Assembly: GCF_028368995.1 (NCBI RefSeq)
Contig: NZ_JAQNDL010000003.1
Location: forward strand, 992,001 to 1,056,000
Length of the DNA stretch: 64,000 bases
Reading direction: 5' to 3'
Origin: Nannocystis bainbridge
GTDB taxonomy: Bacteria > Myxococcota_A > Polyangia > Nannocystales > Nannocystaceae
The notes beneath the pieces were generated by a model that saw only the letters and a program-made list of their open reading frames with translations, did no database searches and was not told the DNA's origin. How positions within the stretch are numbered: the first letter of the stretch is position 1; each line of letters opens with the position of its first letter. Below, piece after piece: positions 46,243 to 56,658 of the stretch. A program made the position numbers and the translations under genes.

Positions 46243-47970
46243 TCACTCCGCGCGGCGGACGAAGTGCTCGCTCGCGGCCAGCTGCACGTAGAACTCGCGC
46301 AGGCCGAGCTCGCCCTCCTGCAGGGCGGTGCGGGCCTCCTCGGCGAGGCAGTTCTCCTCGACGCCGTAGGCGAAGTTGGCGAGCAGGCCGCTGACGCAGT
46401 CGGTGGTCTGCGGCAGCTCGGCCAGCTTGCTCGCCATGTCGGTGAGGCCGTCGAAGGTGACGAGCGGCACCAGCTTCGAGTCGACCGCCTGGCCGGTGGC
46501 GTCGATCGTCAGCCCGTTCTCGTCGGCGCGGTAGCGGCCCGCTTGATCGAAGTGCTCGAAGCCGAAGCCGATCGGGTCGAAGTACTGATGACACGACTGG
46601 CAGGCGGGATCGCCGGCGTGGGCGACCTCGTAGCGCTCGCGGGTGGTCTGCGCGCCGGGCATCGGCGGATCGATGGCCGGGATGTTCATCGGCGGCGGGA
46701 TGTGCGGGCCGCACAGCAGGCGGTCGTAGACCAGCAGGCCGCGCTTGGTCGGCGACGAGCTGTCGGCGTGGGCCTGGCCCGCGAGCACCGAGCCCTGGGC
46801 CAACAGGCCGATGCCCCAGTCGTCCGGCCGCTCGACGACGACGCTCTCGCCGGCGATCTGGCCGAAGCCGTAGAACTGCGACAGCGTCGCGTCGAGCACC
46901 GTGAACGACGCCGTCAGCAGGGCCCGCACGTCGCCGTCCTGGGCGAACACCACCTCGTCGACGAAGCGCCGCGTCTCGTCGATCATGCGCATGCGGATGC
47001 CGTCGAACCCGGCGATGTCGATCTTCACCTTGCTCTCGACCTGCGGGTACTTGGCCCACTGGCGGAAGAACAGGTGCAGCACGCCCTTGCCGCGCGCGGT
47101 CGCCAGCAGCGCCTCGGCCTCGGCCATGCGCGCCTCCGGGGTCGCCAGCGCGCCCTGCTCGGCCTTCGCCAGCAGCTCCGGGCTCGGGGTGCTGCCGCCG
47201 TAGGTGTACGCGAGCGCGGTCGCGACCTCGTAGGGCGTCAGCGCGTGACCGCCGTCGACCGGCTCGCCGAGCTCGCTGCGGTACACGGCGTGCGGTGACT
47301 GGATCAGGCCGACGAGGGTCCACTTCAGCGCGATCGGGAACGCGACCTCGGCGGCGATGCCGGCGAAATGCGCCTCGTAGCGCCCGCGCTCGTCGCCGCT
47401 GAGCGGGCGGCGGAACAGCCGCTCGCCGTACTTGCCGATGAACTCGGCGGCGCAGGCCGAGTCGGGCTTCTGGGCCGCGCACGGCAAGATCGTCGACAGC
47501 ACCGCGGGCGCGGTGACGGCGTCGCCGACGGCCTCGGCGGTGGCGAGCCACTCCTTCGCGGTCTGGTCGCCGACCAGCAGCGTCGCGGCGTCGTTGGTGA
47601 ACCCGTGCTTCGACGCCGGATCGATGCCCAGCGCCACCCCGGACCACGTCGCCTCGATCTCGGGGAAGATGTCGCGCAGCGTGCTCTCGAGCTCGACCTG
47701 CGACAGGCGCCGCAGCACCCGCGCGCCCAGGCGCGACTGCTCGCAGCGGCCGGACGGGTTGATCGGCGGCGGATCGTCGCCGGTGTCGCTGGTGCCGGCG
47801 GTCGGATCGTCGCCGGTGGTCGGCACGCCCGCGGTGCCGCCGGTCTCGGTGTCGCTGCCGCCGGGGTCGGAGTCGGTGCCGGCGCCGCCGCCGCTGCTCG
47901 GACAACCTGTCCCGAAGGCCAGGCCGAGCGCGAGGTACAGATGTCGGGAGGAGAGGTCGATGCGTGTCAT
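46243..47970 (-). CDS. DUF1592/1588/1595/1587 (PSCyt-associated) lipoprotein
   Basis: LRRLSQVE, LFRRPL, SPHAVYRSE, SSPTKRG, CQSCH heme-like motif, DPIGFGFEHFD. Confidence 0.88.
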   Translation of the reverse strand: MTRIDLSSRHLYLALGLAFGTGCPSSGGGAGTDSDPGGSDTETGGTAGVPTTGDDPTAGTSDTGDDPPPINPSGRCEQSRLGARVLRRLSQVELESTLRDIFPEIEATWSGVALGIDPASKHGFTNDAATLLVGDQTAKEWLATAEAVGDAVTAPAVLSTILPCAAQKPDSACAAEFIGKYGERLFRRPLSGDERGRYEAHFAGIAAEVAFPIALKWTLVGLIQSPHAVYRSELGEPVDGGHALTPYEVATALAYTYGGSTPSPELLAKAEQGALATPEARMAEAEALLATARGKGVLHLFFRQWAKYPQVESKVKIDIAGFDGIRMRMIDETRRFVDEVVFAQDGDVRALLTASFTVLDATLSQFYGFGQIAGESVVVERPDDWGIGLLAQGSVLAGQAHADSSSPTKRGLLVYDRLLCGPHIPPPMNIPAIDPPMPGAQTTRERYEVAHAGDPACQSCHQYFDPIGFGFEHFDQAGRYRADENGLTIDATGQAVDSKLVPLVTFDGLTDMASKLAELPQTTDCVSGLLANFAYGVEENCLAEEARTALQEGELGLREFYVQLAASEHFVRRAE

Positions 47971-49337
47971 GCCTTGAGCTCCTGGATCGCAGAGACCGAC
48001 TGACCACCGATCGAGCCGAGCGGGACGTCCATCGCGTCGGCGAGGGTCGCGAGCATGTCGATGTGACTGCGATCGACCTGGACCACCCGCCGGGTCTTGA
48101 GGTAACCACCGCCGCCGCCGATCAGGATCGCCGGCAGGCTCGAGCTGACCGGCTGGCCGTCGATCCACACGTCCGAATGATCGGAGTTGTGATTGGCGCC
48201 GTCGGACACCTCGCTGCACACATAGACCAGGCTGTTGTCGAGCACCGTGCGCGTCGGGTCCTCGAGGTCGAGCGGGTCGGGCTGGTCGAGCACCGCCAGG
48301 AACTTGCTGGCGAGCCGCTCGAAGAACCACTTCTGGCACTGCGCGAACTCGGCCCGGCCGGCGCCGTCCCACGAGTGCGAGACCGGGTCGTGGTGCCCCT
48401 TGGCGATCCCCGGGCCGCCCTCGAAGCCGAAGTTGAGGCCGGCGTTGACCCACATGTTCTGCAGGGTGATGACCCGCGCCGAGCCGCACACGAAGGCGTG
48501 GGCGCTGGCCTCGAGGTGGGCGTCGAGGATCTTGCCGAAGAAGCTCTGGTTGAGCGGGTCGAGCCCGGCGACCGCCTCGACGGCCGGCAGCGCCGGCTTG
48601 CTGTCGCAGCTGACCATCGGCGGCGGCGGGCCCTCGCCCGAGGCCTTGGCCTTGAGGTTGCGGATGGCGTCGAGGTGCAGCGCGAGCTTGTTCTCCTCGC
48701 GCGTCAGCCCCGACACCACCCCCTGCATCGCCTCGATCTCGCCCTCGGTCAGGCCCAGTGTCGCCGCGCGGAACTTGTTCTCGTCGACGCCAGGCATCGG
48801 CATCGGCGCCGGACCGACGCCCTGGAACAGCTGCGTGACGGCCTCGACCGGGCTCTCGATCGGCCGCACCCACGAGCCGTGCTTGACGAGGTAACAGTCG
48901 CTGTAGAAGCCGGCCCCCTTGTCGTACGGGATGGCGCCGAGCACGTGCGGGGTGACGCCCATGCCGTCGGCGATCAGGTGATCGATCGAGTTGCTGCCCT
49001 CACCCTCGGCGAAGCCGGTCAAGGTGGCGCGGATGGCGACGTGGTTGGAGATCCCGCCGTTCATCGACAGGCCGCGGACGACGGCGACGCGGTCGCGGTA
49101 CGGCATGAGCGGGCTCAGCACGTTCGAGCCCTGCAGGAAGGTCTCGCCCTCGCCGTACGGCATCAGGTGCTCGGGCGGCATGCCGTGCGGCACGTAGAAG
49201 ATGAAGAGGCGCTTGGGCCGGTCGCCAGGGCCGGCGACGGCCAGACGGGACATCTTGGCCGCGAGCGGGGCGGCGATGCCGAGCCCCAGCGCCTGCAAAA
49301 AGGTGCGGCGCATCAGTCGTTGCTGCGATCGGTGCAT
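47967..49337 (-). CDS. DUF1552 family protein (Tat-exported)
   Basis: RRTFLQALG Tat motif; PKRLFIFYVPHG; HHDPVSH; TVLDNSLVY. ATGA coupling with the DUF1592 gene. Confidence 0.88.
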   Translation of the reverse strand: MHRSQQRLMRRTFLQALGLGIAAPLAAKMSRLAVAGPGDRPKRLFIFYVPHGMPPEHLMPYGEGETFLQGSNVLSPLMPYRDRVAVVRGLSMNGGISNHVAIRATLTGFAEGEGSNSIDHLIADGMGVTPHVLGAIPYDKGAGFYSDCYLVKHGSWVRPIESPVEAVTQLFQGVGPAPMPMPGVDENKFRAATLGLTEGEIEAMQGVVSGLTREENKLALHLDAIRNLKAKASGEGPPPPMVSCDSKPALPAVEAVAGLDPLNQSFFGKILDAHLEASAHAFVCGSARVITLQNMWVNAGLNFGFEGGPGIAKGHHDPVSHSWDGAGRAEFAQCQKWFFERLASKFLAVLDQPDPLDLEDPTRTVLDNSLVYVCSEVSDGANHNSDHSDVWIDGQPVSSSLPAILIGGGGGYLKTRRVVQVDRSHIDMLATLADAMDVPLGSIGGQSVSAIQELKA

Positions 49338-49537
49338 GCGTTCCTCCGCGATGTTCGACAAGGAGAGTGACTGGAGATCGAGGCCCGGCAGGGCGGCATG
49401 GACGCGCGACCAGGCGCCGCCCGGCCGGCGCCGCAAGGTCGCCTCGAGTCAGCTGACTCGAGGGTCATGTCGTAAAGTTCATGTCGTAAAGTTCATGCTG
49501 CCCTGCCCGCGCGACCGGGCGACGCCTCTCTCCCCCT

Positions 49538-49570
49538 GTGGCGCAGGGGCGGCGAGGTGGATGAAAAAAA
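49538..49570 (-). promoter_or_regulatory. Candidate ECF promoter upstream of the DUF1552 operon
   Basis: Minus strand TTTTTTTCATCC-N14-GCGCCAC, matching 44378-44410. Confidence 0.7.
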
Positions 49571-50110
49571 TCGAAGGGCGAGACCGCGCCCGGGCCGCGC
49601 GGCCCCGCGCCAATTGCTGCGGCGAGCTCTGCCGTGGGCCGGAGGAGCGCGAGCCAGGCGCGACGCTCGAGCGGCCGCATCGGCGAGCGAGAACCTGCGT
49701 GCTGCATCGGCAAAAGCCGAGCCTCCGCACCGCATCGGCTCGACTGCCTGCGGCTCGACGTCGAGCCGCGCGTCACTGGCACGACCCCCGAGATCATCAC
49801 CCTCATCGAGACCGCTCGACCTCGTTGACCGACTTACCCGAGCGCGCGCCCGGCGTCGGACCGCGCCCGCACCTCGCGATGCGACGAGCGGCTCTCGTCC
49901 ATTCGTAGGAGCCGCCGCCGAACGCCCTGCCCGACCCGCTCGACGCGCGCTATGGCGTATGACCATTGCCCGCTGCGTCCAGGGGACCCGGAGCGCCGAG
50001 CATTCGGCCTCGCATCAACAAGCCGCGCCAGCTGCGAGCAGGCGCAGCTTGAGAGCAAGCACCCGGCCGCAGCGGCCGGCGCGAATCACCGAGGACGCGC
50101 CTCTCCCGTG

Positions 50111-51343
50111 TCACCGCCGAGCCGGCCAAAGCCGCACCGCCAGCGCCCCGAGCCCCGCCACCGCCCCCAGCCCTGTCACCCCTTGCCAGCCCCACGCTGC
50201 CAGCAGCACCCCGCCGAGCGCCGCCCCGGCCGCCATCCCGAGGAACATCCCTGACAGCAGCACCGCGTTGAGCCGGCTGCGCGCTCCCGGGTCGATGCCG
50301 TACACGATCGTCTGGTGGGCGATCGAAGTCGCTTGCACCCCGAGGTCGAAGCCGAGGGCCCCGAGCGCCAGCAGGATCAGCTGACCTGGCGGTGACAGCA
50401 GCGGGCCTGCCGTCATCGCCACGAACGCGGCCACTGCCACGCCTGCGCCGATACGCGTGACCGGCTCCGGGCCGCGGCGGTCGGCCAGCTTGCCGGCGAT
50501 CGGCGCGGCCAGGGCTCCGGCGGCGCCGGCCAGGCCGAACGCGCCGGCGGCCGTGCTGCCGAGGTGGAACGGCGCTGCGTGCAGCATCACCGCCAGGGTC
50601 GACCAGAACGCGCTGAAGCCGACGCACAGCAGCCCCTGGGCCAGGGTCGCGCGCCGCAGCGCCGGGTGGCGGCGCCACAGCGCGGCCAGCGAGCCGAGCA
50701 AGCGACCGTAGCCGAGGCGGGTCGTCGGCGCCGACGCGGGCAGCCGGGCCCACACCGTCACGCCGATCGCGGCGACGCTGGCGGCCGCGGCCACGAACAT
50801 CGCCCGCCAGTGGAAATGCTCGGCGACGAAGCCGCTGACCACCCGCGACAGCAGGATGCCGAGCAGCAGCCCCGTCATCACCGTGCCGACGACCTTGCCG
50901 CGGCGGGCCTCGGGCGCCAGCGAGGCCGCCGCGGGCACGATGTCCTGCGCCATCGTGGCGGCGACGCCGATGGCCAGGCCGGCGACCTGCAGCACGCCGA
51001 TCGTCGGCGCCCCGGCGGCCACCAGCAGCGCCGCGGCCAGGGCCGAGGTCTTGCCGAGGATGAGGTGGCGGCGGTCGAACCGGTCGCCCAGCGGCGCCAG
51101 CAGCAGCAGGCCCAGCGCGTAGCCGAGCTGCGTCAGCGTCGGCACCAGCGCCAGCGCGCCCGGCGAGGCGCCCATATCGGCGCCCAGCGAGCCGAGGATC
51201 GGCTGGCTGTAGTACAGCGAGGCCACGCTCAGGCCCGCCCCCGCCGCCAGCAGCCCGGTCAGCGCGGGCGTCAGCGCCGGCGCAGCCCGCTCCGGGGCGG
51301 CCCGGGCGGGCAGGATGGCATTCGTTTCTTGCATGGTCGTCAT
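50111..51343 (-). CDS. MFS transporter
   Basis: LYYSQPIL, TQLGYALGLLLLAPLGDRFDRR, about 12 TM helices. Confidence 0.92.
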   Translation of the reverse strand: MTTMQETNAILPARAAPERAAPALTPALTGLLAAGAGLSVASLYYSQPILGSLGADMGASPGALALVPTLTQLGYALGLLLLAPLGDRFDRRHLILGKTSALAAALLVAAGAPTIGVLQVAGLAIGVAATMAQDIVPAAASLAPEARRGKVVGTVMTGLLLGILLSRVVSGFVAEHFHWRAMFVAAAASVAAIGVTVWARLPASAPTTRLGYGRLLGSLAALWRRHPALRRATLAQGLLCVGFSAFWSTLAVMLHAAPFHLGSTAAGAFGLAGAAGALAAPIAGKLADRRGPEPVTRIGAGVAVAAFVAMTAGPLLSPPGQLILLALGALGFDLGVQATSIAHQTIVYGIDPGARSRLNAVLLSGMFLGMAAGAALGGVLLAAWGWQGVTGLGAVAGLGALAVRLWPARR

Positions 51344-51428
51344 GGCGGGTGGACCTCGTTCCCGAGGGCGAGCCGCAGTGTGCAAGCCCGAGCCCGGCGG
51401 TGGTAGGCATGACGGCCGCACATCGGTT

Positions 51429-51443
51429 ATACGCTCGGCGTAT
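51429..51443. promoter_or_regulatory. LysR-type T-N11-A operator
   Basis: ATACGC-TCG-GCGTAT inverted repeat between the divergent MFS and LysR genes. Confidence 0.55.
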
Positions 51444-52386
51444 GACCGCCTCGGAGGCCCAGACCGGCGACCGCCTGCAGCTCATGGAGACCTTCGTGCG
51501 GATCGTCGAGGCGGGCAGCCTGTCGGCCGCCGCGGCTCAGCTGCGGACCACCCAGCCGACGGTCAGCCGCCGCCTCAAGCTGCTCGAGCGCTCGCTCGGT
51601 GTGCGCCTGCTGCAGCGCACCACCCACGTGATGCGCCTGACCGTCGACGGCGAGCGCTGCTTTCAGCGCGCCAAGGAGCTGCTGGCCAGCTGGGCCGCGT
51701 TCGAGGCCGACCTGCGCGGCGCGCAGGAGGAGCCGGAGGGCACGCTGCGGGTCGCCATGCCCCACGCCTTCGGCCAGGACCGGTTCGTCGCGCCGATGGC
51801 CGCGTTCCTGCGCGAGCACCCGCGCGTCGCGGTCGAGTGGCTGCTGCGCGACGAGGTGCGGGACTTCATCGCCGCCGGCATCGATTGCGCGATCCAGGTC
51901 GGCGAGCCGGCCGACCCCGCGGTCATCGCCGTCAAGCTGTCGGAGGTGCCGCGCATCGTCGTCGCCGCGCCGTCGCTGATCGCCGCCGCCGGCGCCCCGC
52001 CGGAGGACCCGGACGACCTGGCGGCCCTGCCGTGGCTGGCGCTGCGCACGTTCTATCTCAGCGAGGTGGCCCTGACGCACGCGCGCACCGGCGAGACGCG
52101 GCGCCTGCGGATCCGTCCGCGCTTCAGCACCGACAGCCTGTTCGCCCTGCGCAGCGCGGCGCTCGAGGGCCTCGGCGTGTGCGTCGGCTCGGCGTGGCTG
52201 CTGACGCAGGACCTGGCGCAGGGCCGCCTGCTGCACGTGGCCCCGCGCTGGCAGGCGCCGCCGCTGCCGGTGTACCTGACGTACCCGCAGGCCCGCTTCT
52301 ACCCGTCGCGGCTGCTGCGCTTCGTGGCGACGATGCGCGCGGCGGTGCCCGAGCTGCTGGCCGACGATCGCCGCCGAGCGCGCTGA
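51442..52386 (+). CDS. LysR-family transcriptional regulator
   Basis: FVRIVEAGSLSAAAAQLRTTQPTVSRRLKLLE...LLQRTT HTH, followed by a substrate-binding domain. Confidence 0.95.
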   Translation: MTASEAQTGDRLQLMETFVRIVEAGSLSAAAAQLRTTQPTVSRRLKLLERSLGVRLLQRTTHVMRLTVDGERCFQRAKELLASWAAFEADLRGAQEEPEGTLRVAMPHAFGQDRFVAPMAAFLREHPRVAVEWLLRDEVRDFIAAGIDCAIQVGEPADPAVIAVKLSEVPRIVVAAPSLIAAAGAPPEDPDDLAALPWLALRTFYLSEVALTHARTGETRRLRIRPRFSTDSLFALRSAALEGLGVCVGSAWLLTQDLAQGRLLHVAPRWQAPPLPVYLTYPQARFYPSRLLRFVATMRAAVPELLADDRRRAR

Positions 52387-52451
52387 CACGACGACGCATT
52401 CGCTACGGCCAAGCCAGTCTCTCGAGCTCGGCCTCTCCCGAGCCGCGGCCT

Positions 52452-52823
52452 CTACATCTTCACCACCGCGCTTCGGCGCATCCATCCGATGCCATCTTCC
52501 GCGCTGGCGGTCGTGACCGCCAAATATTCATGCGATCCGTCGTAGTACGTCCAGTCACACCAATCGCCGACGATGTCGCCAGCATTCTTGGTCTTCAGCA
52601 GGTTCCAACCAGGCTTTTCGTACACACCAGCCGTCGGCCAGAGGACCTTGTAGTGACAGTTTGCCGCGGCGGGGCGAGGATTGGCGCTCAACTCGTCCGG
52701 ACCGACGGCGTCCGCATCGGCATCCTGCGCCATCTCTCCCTCCGAGACTTCGAAAAGCTCCTCGTCATCCGGACTATCGCAGGCGATGAAGAATGCAGAC
52801 AAGACAAAGAAGAGGTTTCGCAT
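52452..52823 (-). CDS. Small lipoprotein with SH3-like C-terminal domain
   Basis: Lipobox FFIAC, acidic linker, CHYKV...GIGWMRRSAV; lower GC than neighbours. Confidence 0.6.
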   Translation of the reverse strand: MRNLFFVLSAFFIACDSPDDEELFEVSEGEMAQDADADAVGPDELSANPRPAAANCHYKVLWPTAGVYEKPGWNLLKTKNAGDIVGDWCDWTYYDGSHEYLAVTTASAEDGIGWMRRSAVVKM

Positions 52824-53371
52824 CTTTTCTTCTCCCTGAACGAAGCATGCTTCAATCCCTCGCTGGTGCAAGAGAACAATCGACATAACCTAGTTTTTAT
52901 GCAAGAGACACCTACTTCGTCACGTAACGCTGCGGCGCCGAAGCGCGCTCAAGCCAGACGATATGCAAGAGTCCGCTCGCTTGCCGCGCACCTCGTTTAT
53001 GGACACTACGCGAAGGGAGCTCTATCCATATTGAATAGATCCGTCCAGCCATACGCCGAGCGTCATCAACGCGCAATCACTCCCGTCGAGATCTTTATCA
53101 TGATGCATCTCGCGATACCGACTCGACGTGCCGGACGCATACCGACGAGGGCTGGTTCAGGACAACTGCGATACGAGCTGCTCACGGGCTGCCGTCGACG
53201 CCGGGCGTCGCCGTCGACTCGCCTTCCGTGCCATGGCCGGCGTGATGCCCTCGGCGGCGCTCTCCCGCAGCCTCGAACTCTGACCAACTGGCTGCCGCCC
53301 CTTGCTCGCGGCCGGGCGAGCGTTCACCCTCTTCGAACCGCATGCCGCAGCGACGGGGCTCGAATCCACGC

Positions 53372-56300
53372 ATGGCCGGCCTCACGGCCCTGGGCGCGCT
53401 CCTGGGGCCTCTGCTGGCCTGCGGCGACGGGGGTCCATGCGGCCCGCTGGCGCCGCTGTGCGACGACCCGGGGCGCACCCGGAGCGTGGCCGTGCGGGTC
53501 CAGGACGCGGTGATGCTCGACTTCGACGGCGACGGCAAGGACGAGGCCGTGGTGCTGTCGCGCGACAACCGGCAGCTCACGCTCGGGTACGCCGACGACT
53601 GGCGCTCCTCGATCTACCTCGACAGCGACCCGGTCGGGATCGAGGCGCTGCCCGGCGAGGTCGCGGTGGCGCTGGCCGAGCCGGCACGACGGATCGAGGT
53701 CTTCGCGGTCGACGCAGAGGGCCGGCTCGACCGGCGACGGACCCTCCCGTTGCGCTCCGCTCCGATGGCGCTGCGCGCCGCCGACCTCGCCGGCGACGGC
53801 GCGCCGGAGCTGATCGCCAGCCTGTCCGGGGCGAGCCAGCTCGCGGTCGTCGATCCGGTGACCGGGGCCACGCAGCACTACGCGGCGGGCAGCGGCGCGT
53901 CGGAGCTGGCGATCGGCGACGTCGACGGCGATGCGCGCCTCGACGTGGTCGTGGTCGACGCCTTCGCCGGCGCGCTGCAGGTCCTCCGCGGCACCGGCGA
54001 CGGGCGGCTGCTGCAGGCCGAGCCGAGCCCGTCGTCGCCGGGCACGCGGTGGCTCGAGCTCGCCGATCACGACGGCGACGGCGACCTCGACGCCGTCGCG
54101 CGCGACGAGGCCACCAGCGTGCTGGTCCATCACAACGAGGGCGGCCGGTTCTCGAGCCCCGTCGCGCTGCCGATCGCCGGCGAAGCGCCCACGGGCGCCG
54201 GCCTGGCCGTCGGCCCACCGGCGAAGAACGGCCTGGTCGGGGTCGTCGTGCCGGCAGGGTTGCAGCTGCGGACCTTGTTCGGCAAGGGCGCGGCGTTCCT
54301 CGGGAACTCCGAGCGGTGGCTGCGCGAGCCCTCCGAGTGGGTCGGCACCGATCGCTCGGGCTCCGTGTTGGTCGGCGGGAACCCTTCCCTGACGCGCTTC
54401 ACCTGGGGATCGAGCGCGTCCGCCATCCAGACCTGGCGCGGGGAGCAGGTGGGTGAGTGGATCGGCTCCGGCACGGTGGCGACGGGCCACCTCGACGGCG
54501 ATCACCTGATCGACGTCGCGGTCACCATCGGCGATAGCCTCCACCTGCTCCGCGGCCGCGCCGACCTCGAGCTCGAGCGAATAGCCCAGTTCGAGCTCGA
54601 AGCGTACGCGACCTCGGTGGTGATCGCCGACGTGACCGGCGACGGCCAGCCCGAGGTCATCGTCGGCGACGATGTCCGTGCGCAGGCGTTTTTTCGCGGC
54701 GACGACGGCCAGTTCGTCGCCGGGCCCGGCGTCGCGCCGAGCGTCGCGCCGCTGACGCTGGTGTCGCTCCGGACCGGTCCGGGCCAGCCGCGCGTGATCG
54801 CGGCCATCCCCGATCGAGAGTACGACCTGAGTCAGACGCCCGGAGCTTCGCTGCTGCGCTTCGCCGAAGACGGCGCCGTCACCGTGGTCGAGTTTGCCGA
54901 CGGCCTGTACGTCGACAAACTGATCGCGGTCGACTTCGACGAGGACGGCGTCGACGAGCCGCTGATCCTCGGGCGGCGCGACGAGACCCGGGTGCTCACG
55001 CGCATGACGCCCGCGGGCGACGGCTTCGCGCCCGGCGTCGAGCACGACCTGGCGGCGCTGTCCGGGGTCGCTCTGGAGATCGATGACTTCGCTCAACTCG
55101 CCGCGGCCGACGTCGACGGCGACGGCGACGGCGAGATGTTCGTCGACGCCCCCGGGGGTCACCTCCGCATCGAAGGGATCGCCGACGACGCGCCCCAGGC
55201 GACGCTCGCAAATCAGCTGAGCCCGACGACCGTGCGCGACGTCGACGGCGACGGGCTGCTCGACCTGGTGTACCTCCTCGGGGACAACTTCTTCTACCAT
55301 TCCGGTCTCGGCGGCGGCACGTTTGCGACCGAGCGGCGCGGTCACCGGATGATGGCGACCAAGGCGATGACCTTCGCGGACGACCCGGCAAGCCAGTTCG
55401 ACATCGTCGCTGTGGGGCATGGCATATCCACGCACCTCACCCGCGACACGATGAGCCTCGTCGGCGCGAGCGGCAGCTTCGAGTTCCACGGGGACGTGTC
55501 CCGGTTCATCCGCGCCGACCTCGACCTCGACGGTATCGACGATCTCGTGACCCTGGGCGCGAGCGGCGGCGCCGCGGCGCTGTGGGGCAGCGAGACCGAC
55601 CCACTGGGGCGCGGCGAGGGCATCGCCACCGACGCGACGGCCTTCGGCGACCTCGACGGCGATGGCCGCCCCGAGCTGCTGTCGGGCGAATGGGGCGTCC
55701 TGTTCGCGTACCGCGGATTCCCTGGCCGCCAGGAGCCCGAGGTGGTGTTCGAGGTGTTCCAGCGGCCCGTGCGTCTGGAGGTCGCGGACATCGACGCCGA
55801 CACGCGGCCCGACCTCGTCGCCCTGCGGTACGAGGACGACGATCGCCTCGCGCTCGCCGTGGCCCATGGCACCGCCGTGCCGCTGCGGTTCGACCCGTGG
55901 CAGACGATCGCCACGGTGTCGGAGTATCAGTTCGCGTCCCTGCAGCTCGGCGACGTCGACCGCGACGGCGACCTCGACATCCTCGTCGATCCCGAAGAGG
56001 CGCCCAGCGTGCTCGTGCGCGGGCTCGGCGGCCGCGCGTGGGCCGAGCCCGAGGCGCTGCCGGGCGAGCGCACCCTGTTCAGCCGCGCCGACGCGCGCGG
56101 CCGCGTCGATCTGCTGACGCAGGAGGGGCCGACGATCCATCGCCACGTCGACGGCGACCCCGCTCATCGCAGCCCGCTCGTCACAATCGACGAGGCGGCC
56201 TTGTTGACCGCGGCCGATGCCGACGGCGACGGGCGCTACGACCTCGCGGTCGCCGACGGCAAGCAATTGTTCGTGTGGCTGCTCGGCGACGGCGATCCCC

Positions 56301-56458
56301 GGCGCGTGCAGATCCCGCTCGAAGCTCCGCTCGCCGCGATCGCCGTCGATTTCCCCGACATCGACGGCGACGGCCGCCCCGACCTCGTCGCGCTCGGCAA
56401 ATTCGGCGGCCTGCTGGTCCGCTGCTCTCGCGCCCACGCCCCGGACCCCGCGCCGTAG
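53372..56458 (+). CDS. FG-GAP/VCBS repeat lipoprotein
   Basis: Lipobox LLAC; many DxDGDGxxD calcium-binding repeats. Confidence 0.9.
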   Translation: MAGLTALGALLGPLLACGDGGPCGPLAPLCDDPGRTRSVAVRVQDAVMLDFDGDGKDEAVVLSRDNRQLTLGYADDWRSSIYLDSDPVGIEALPGEVAVALAEPARRIEVFAVDAEGRLDRRRTLPLRSAPMALRAADLAGDGAPELIASLSGASQLAVVDPVTGATQHYAAGSGASELAIGDVDGDARLDVVVVDAFAGALQVLRGTGDGRLLQAEPSPSSPGTRWLELADHDGDGDLDAVARDEATSVLVHHNEGGRFSSPVALPIAGEAPTGAGLAVGPPAKNGLVGVVVPAGLQLRTLFGKGAAFLGNSERWLREPSEWVGTDRSGSVLVGGNPSLTRFTWGSSASAIQTWRGEQVGEWIGSGTVATGHLDGDHLIDVAVTIGDSLHLLRGRADLELERIAQFELEAYATSVVIADVTGDGQPEVIVGDDVRAQAFFRGDDGQFVAGPGVAPSVAPLTLVSLRTGPGQPRVIAAIPDREYDLSQTPGASLLRFAEDGAVTVVEFADGLYVDKLIAVDFDEDGVDEPLILGRRDETRVLTRMTPAGDGFAPGVEHDLAALSGVALEIDDFAQLAAADVDGDGDGEMFVDAPGGHLRIEGIADDAPQATLANQLSPTTVRDVDGDGLLDLVYLLGDNFFYHSGLGGGTFATERRGHRMMATKAMTFADDPASQFDIVAVGHGISTHLTRDTMSLVGASGSFEFHGDVSRFIRADLDLDGIDDLVTLGASGGAAALWGSETDPLGRGEGIATDATAFGDLDGDGRPELLSGEWGVLFAYRGFPGRQEPEVVFEVFQRPVRLEVADIDADTRPDLVALRYEDDDRLALAVAHGTAVPLRFDPWQTIATVSEYQFASLQLGDVDRDGDLDILVDPEEAPSVLVRGLGGRAWAEPEALPGERTLFSRADARGRVDLLTQEGPTIHRHVDGDPAHRSPLVTIDEAALLTAADADGDGRYDLAVADGKQLFVWLLGDGDPRRVQIPLEAPLAAIAVDFPDIDGDGRPDLVALGKFGGLLVRCSRAHAPDPAP

Positions 56459-56602
56459 CCTTCGCCTCCGCCGCGCCGGGTCACCATCGCCACTTCGGCG
56501 CGACGGCCGATCACTGAAGCGCCACGACGGCGCCCCGCACCGAGGCGACCGAGTCTCCGGTGCGACGAACGAGCCGCCCGCACGCTCGCCAGCGCCCACC
56601 CC

Positions 56603-56652
56603 ATAATTTTACCCGGGGGATATTGACCCTTCAATAACACCCGGGTATTATT
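56603..56652 (+). promoter_or_regulatory. Sigma70 promoter with overlapping palindromic operators
   Basis: TTGACC(56623)-17 bp-TATTAT(56646); palindrome AATAACACCCGGGTATTATT (56633-56652) and a second site AATTTTACCCGGGGGATATT. Confidence 0.8.
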
Positions 56653-56658
56653 CCCGCC

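Noticed and set aside
138-56599. Long antisense or alternate-frame ORFs (138..2630, 23818..26541, 53324..56599 and others)
   Set aside because: These are typical stop-poor shadows of high-GC genes and show no motifs.
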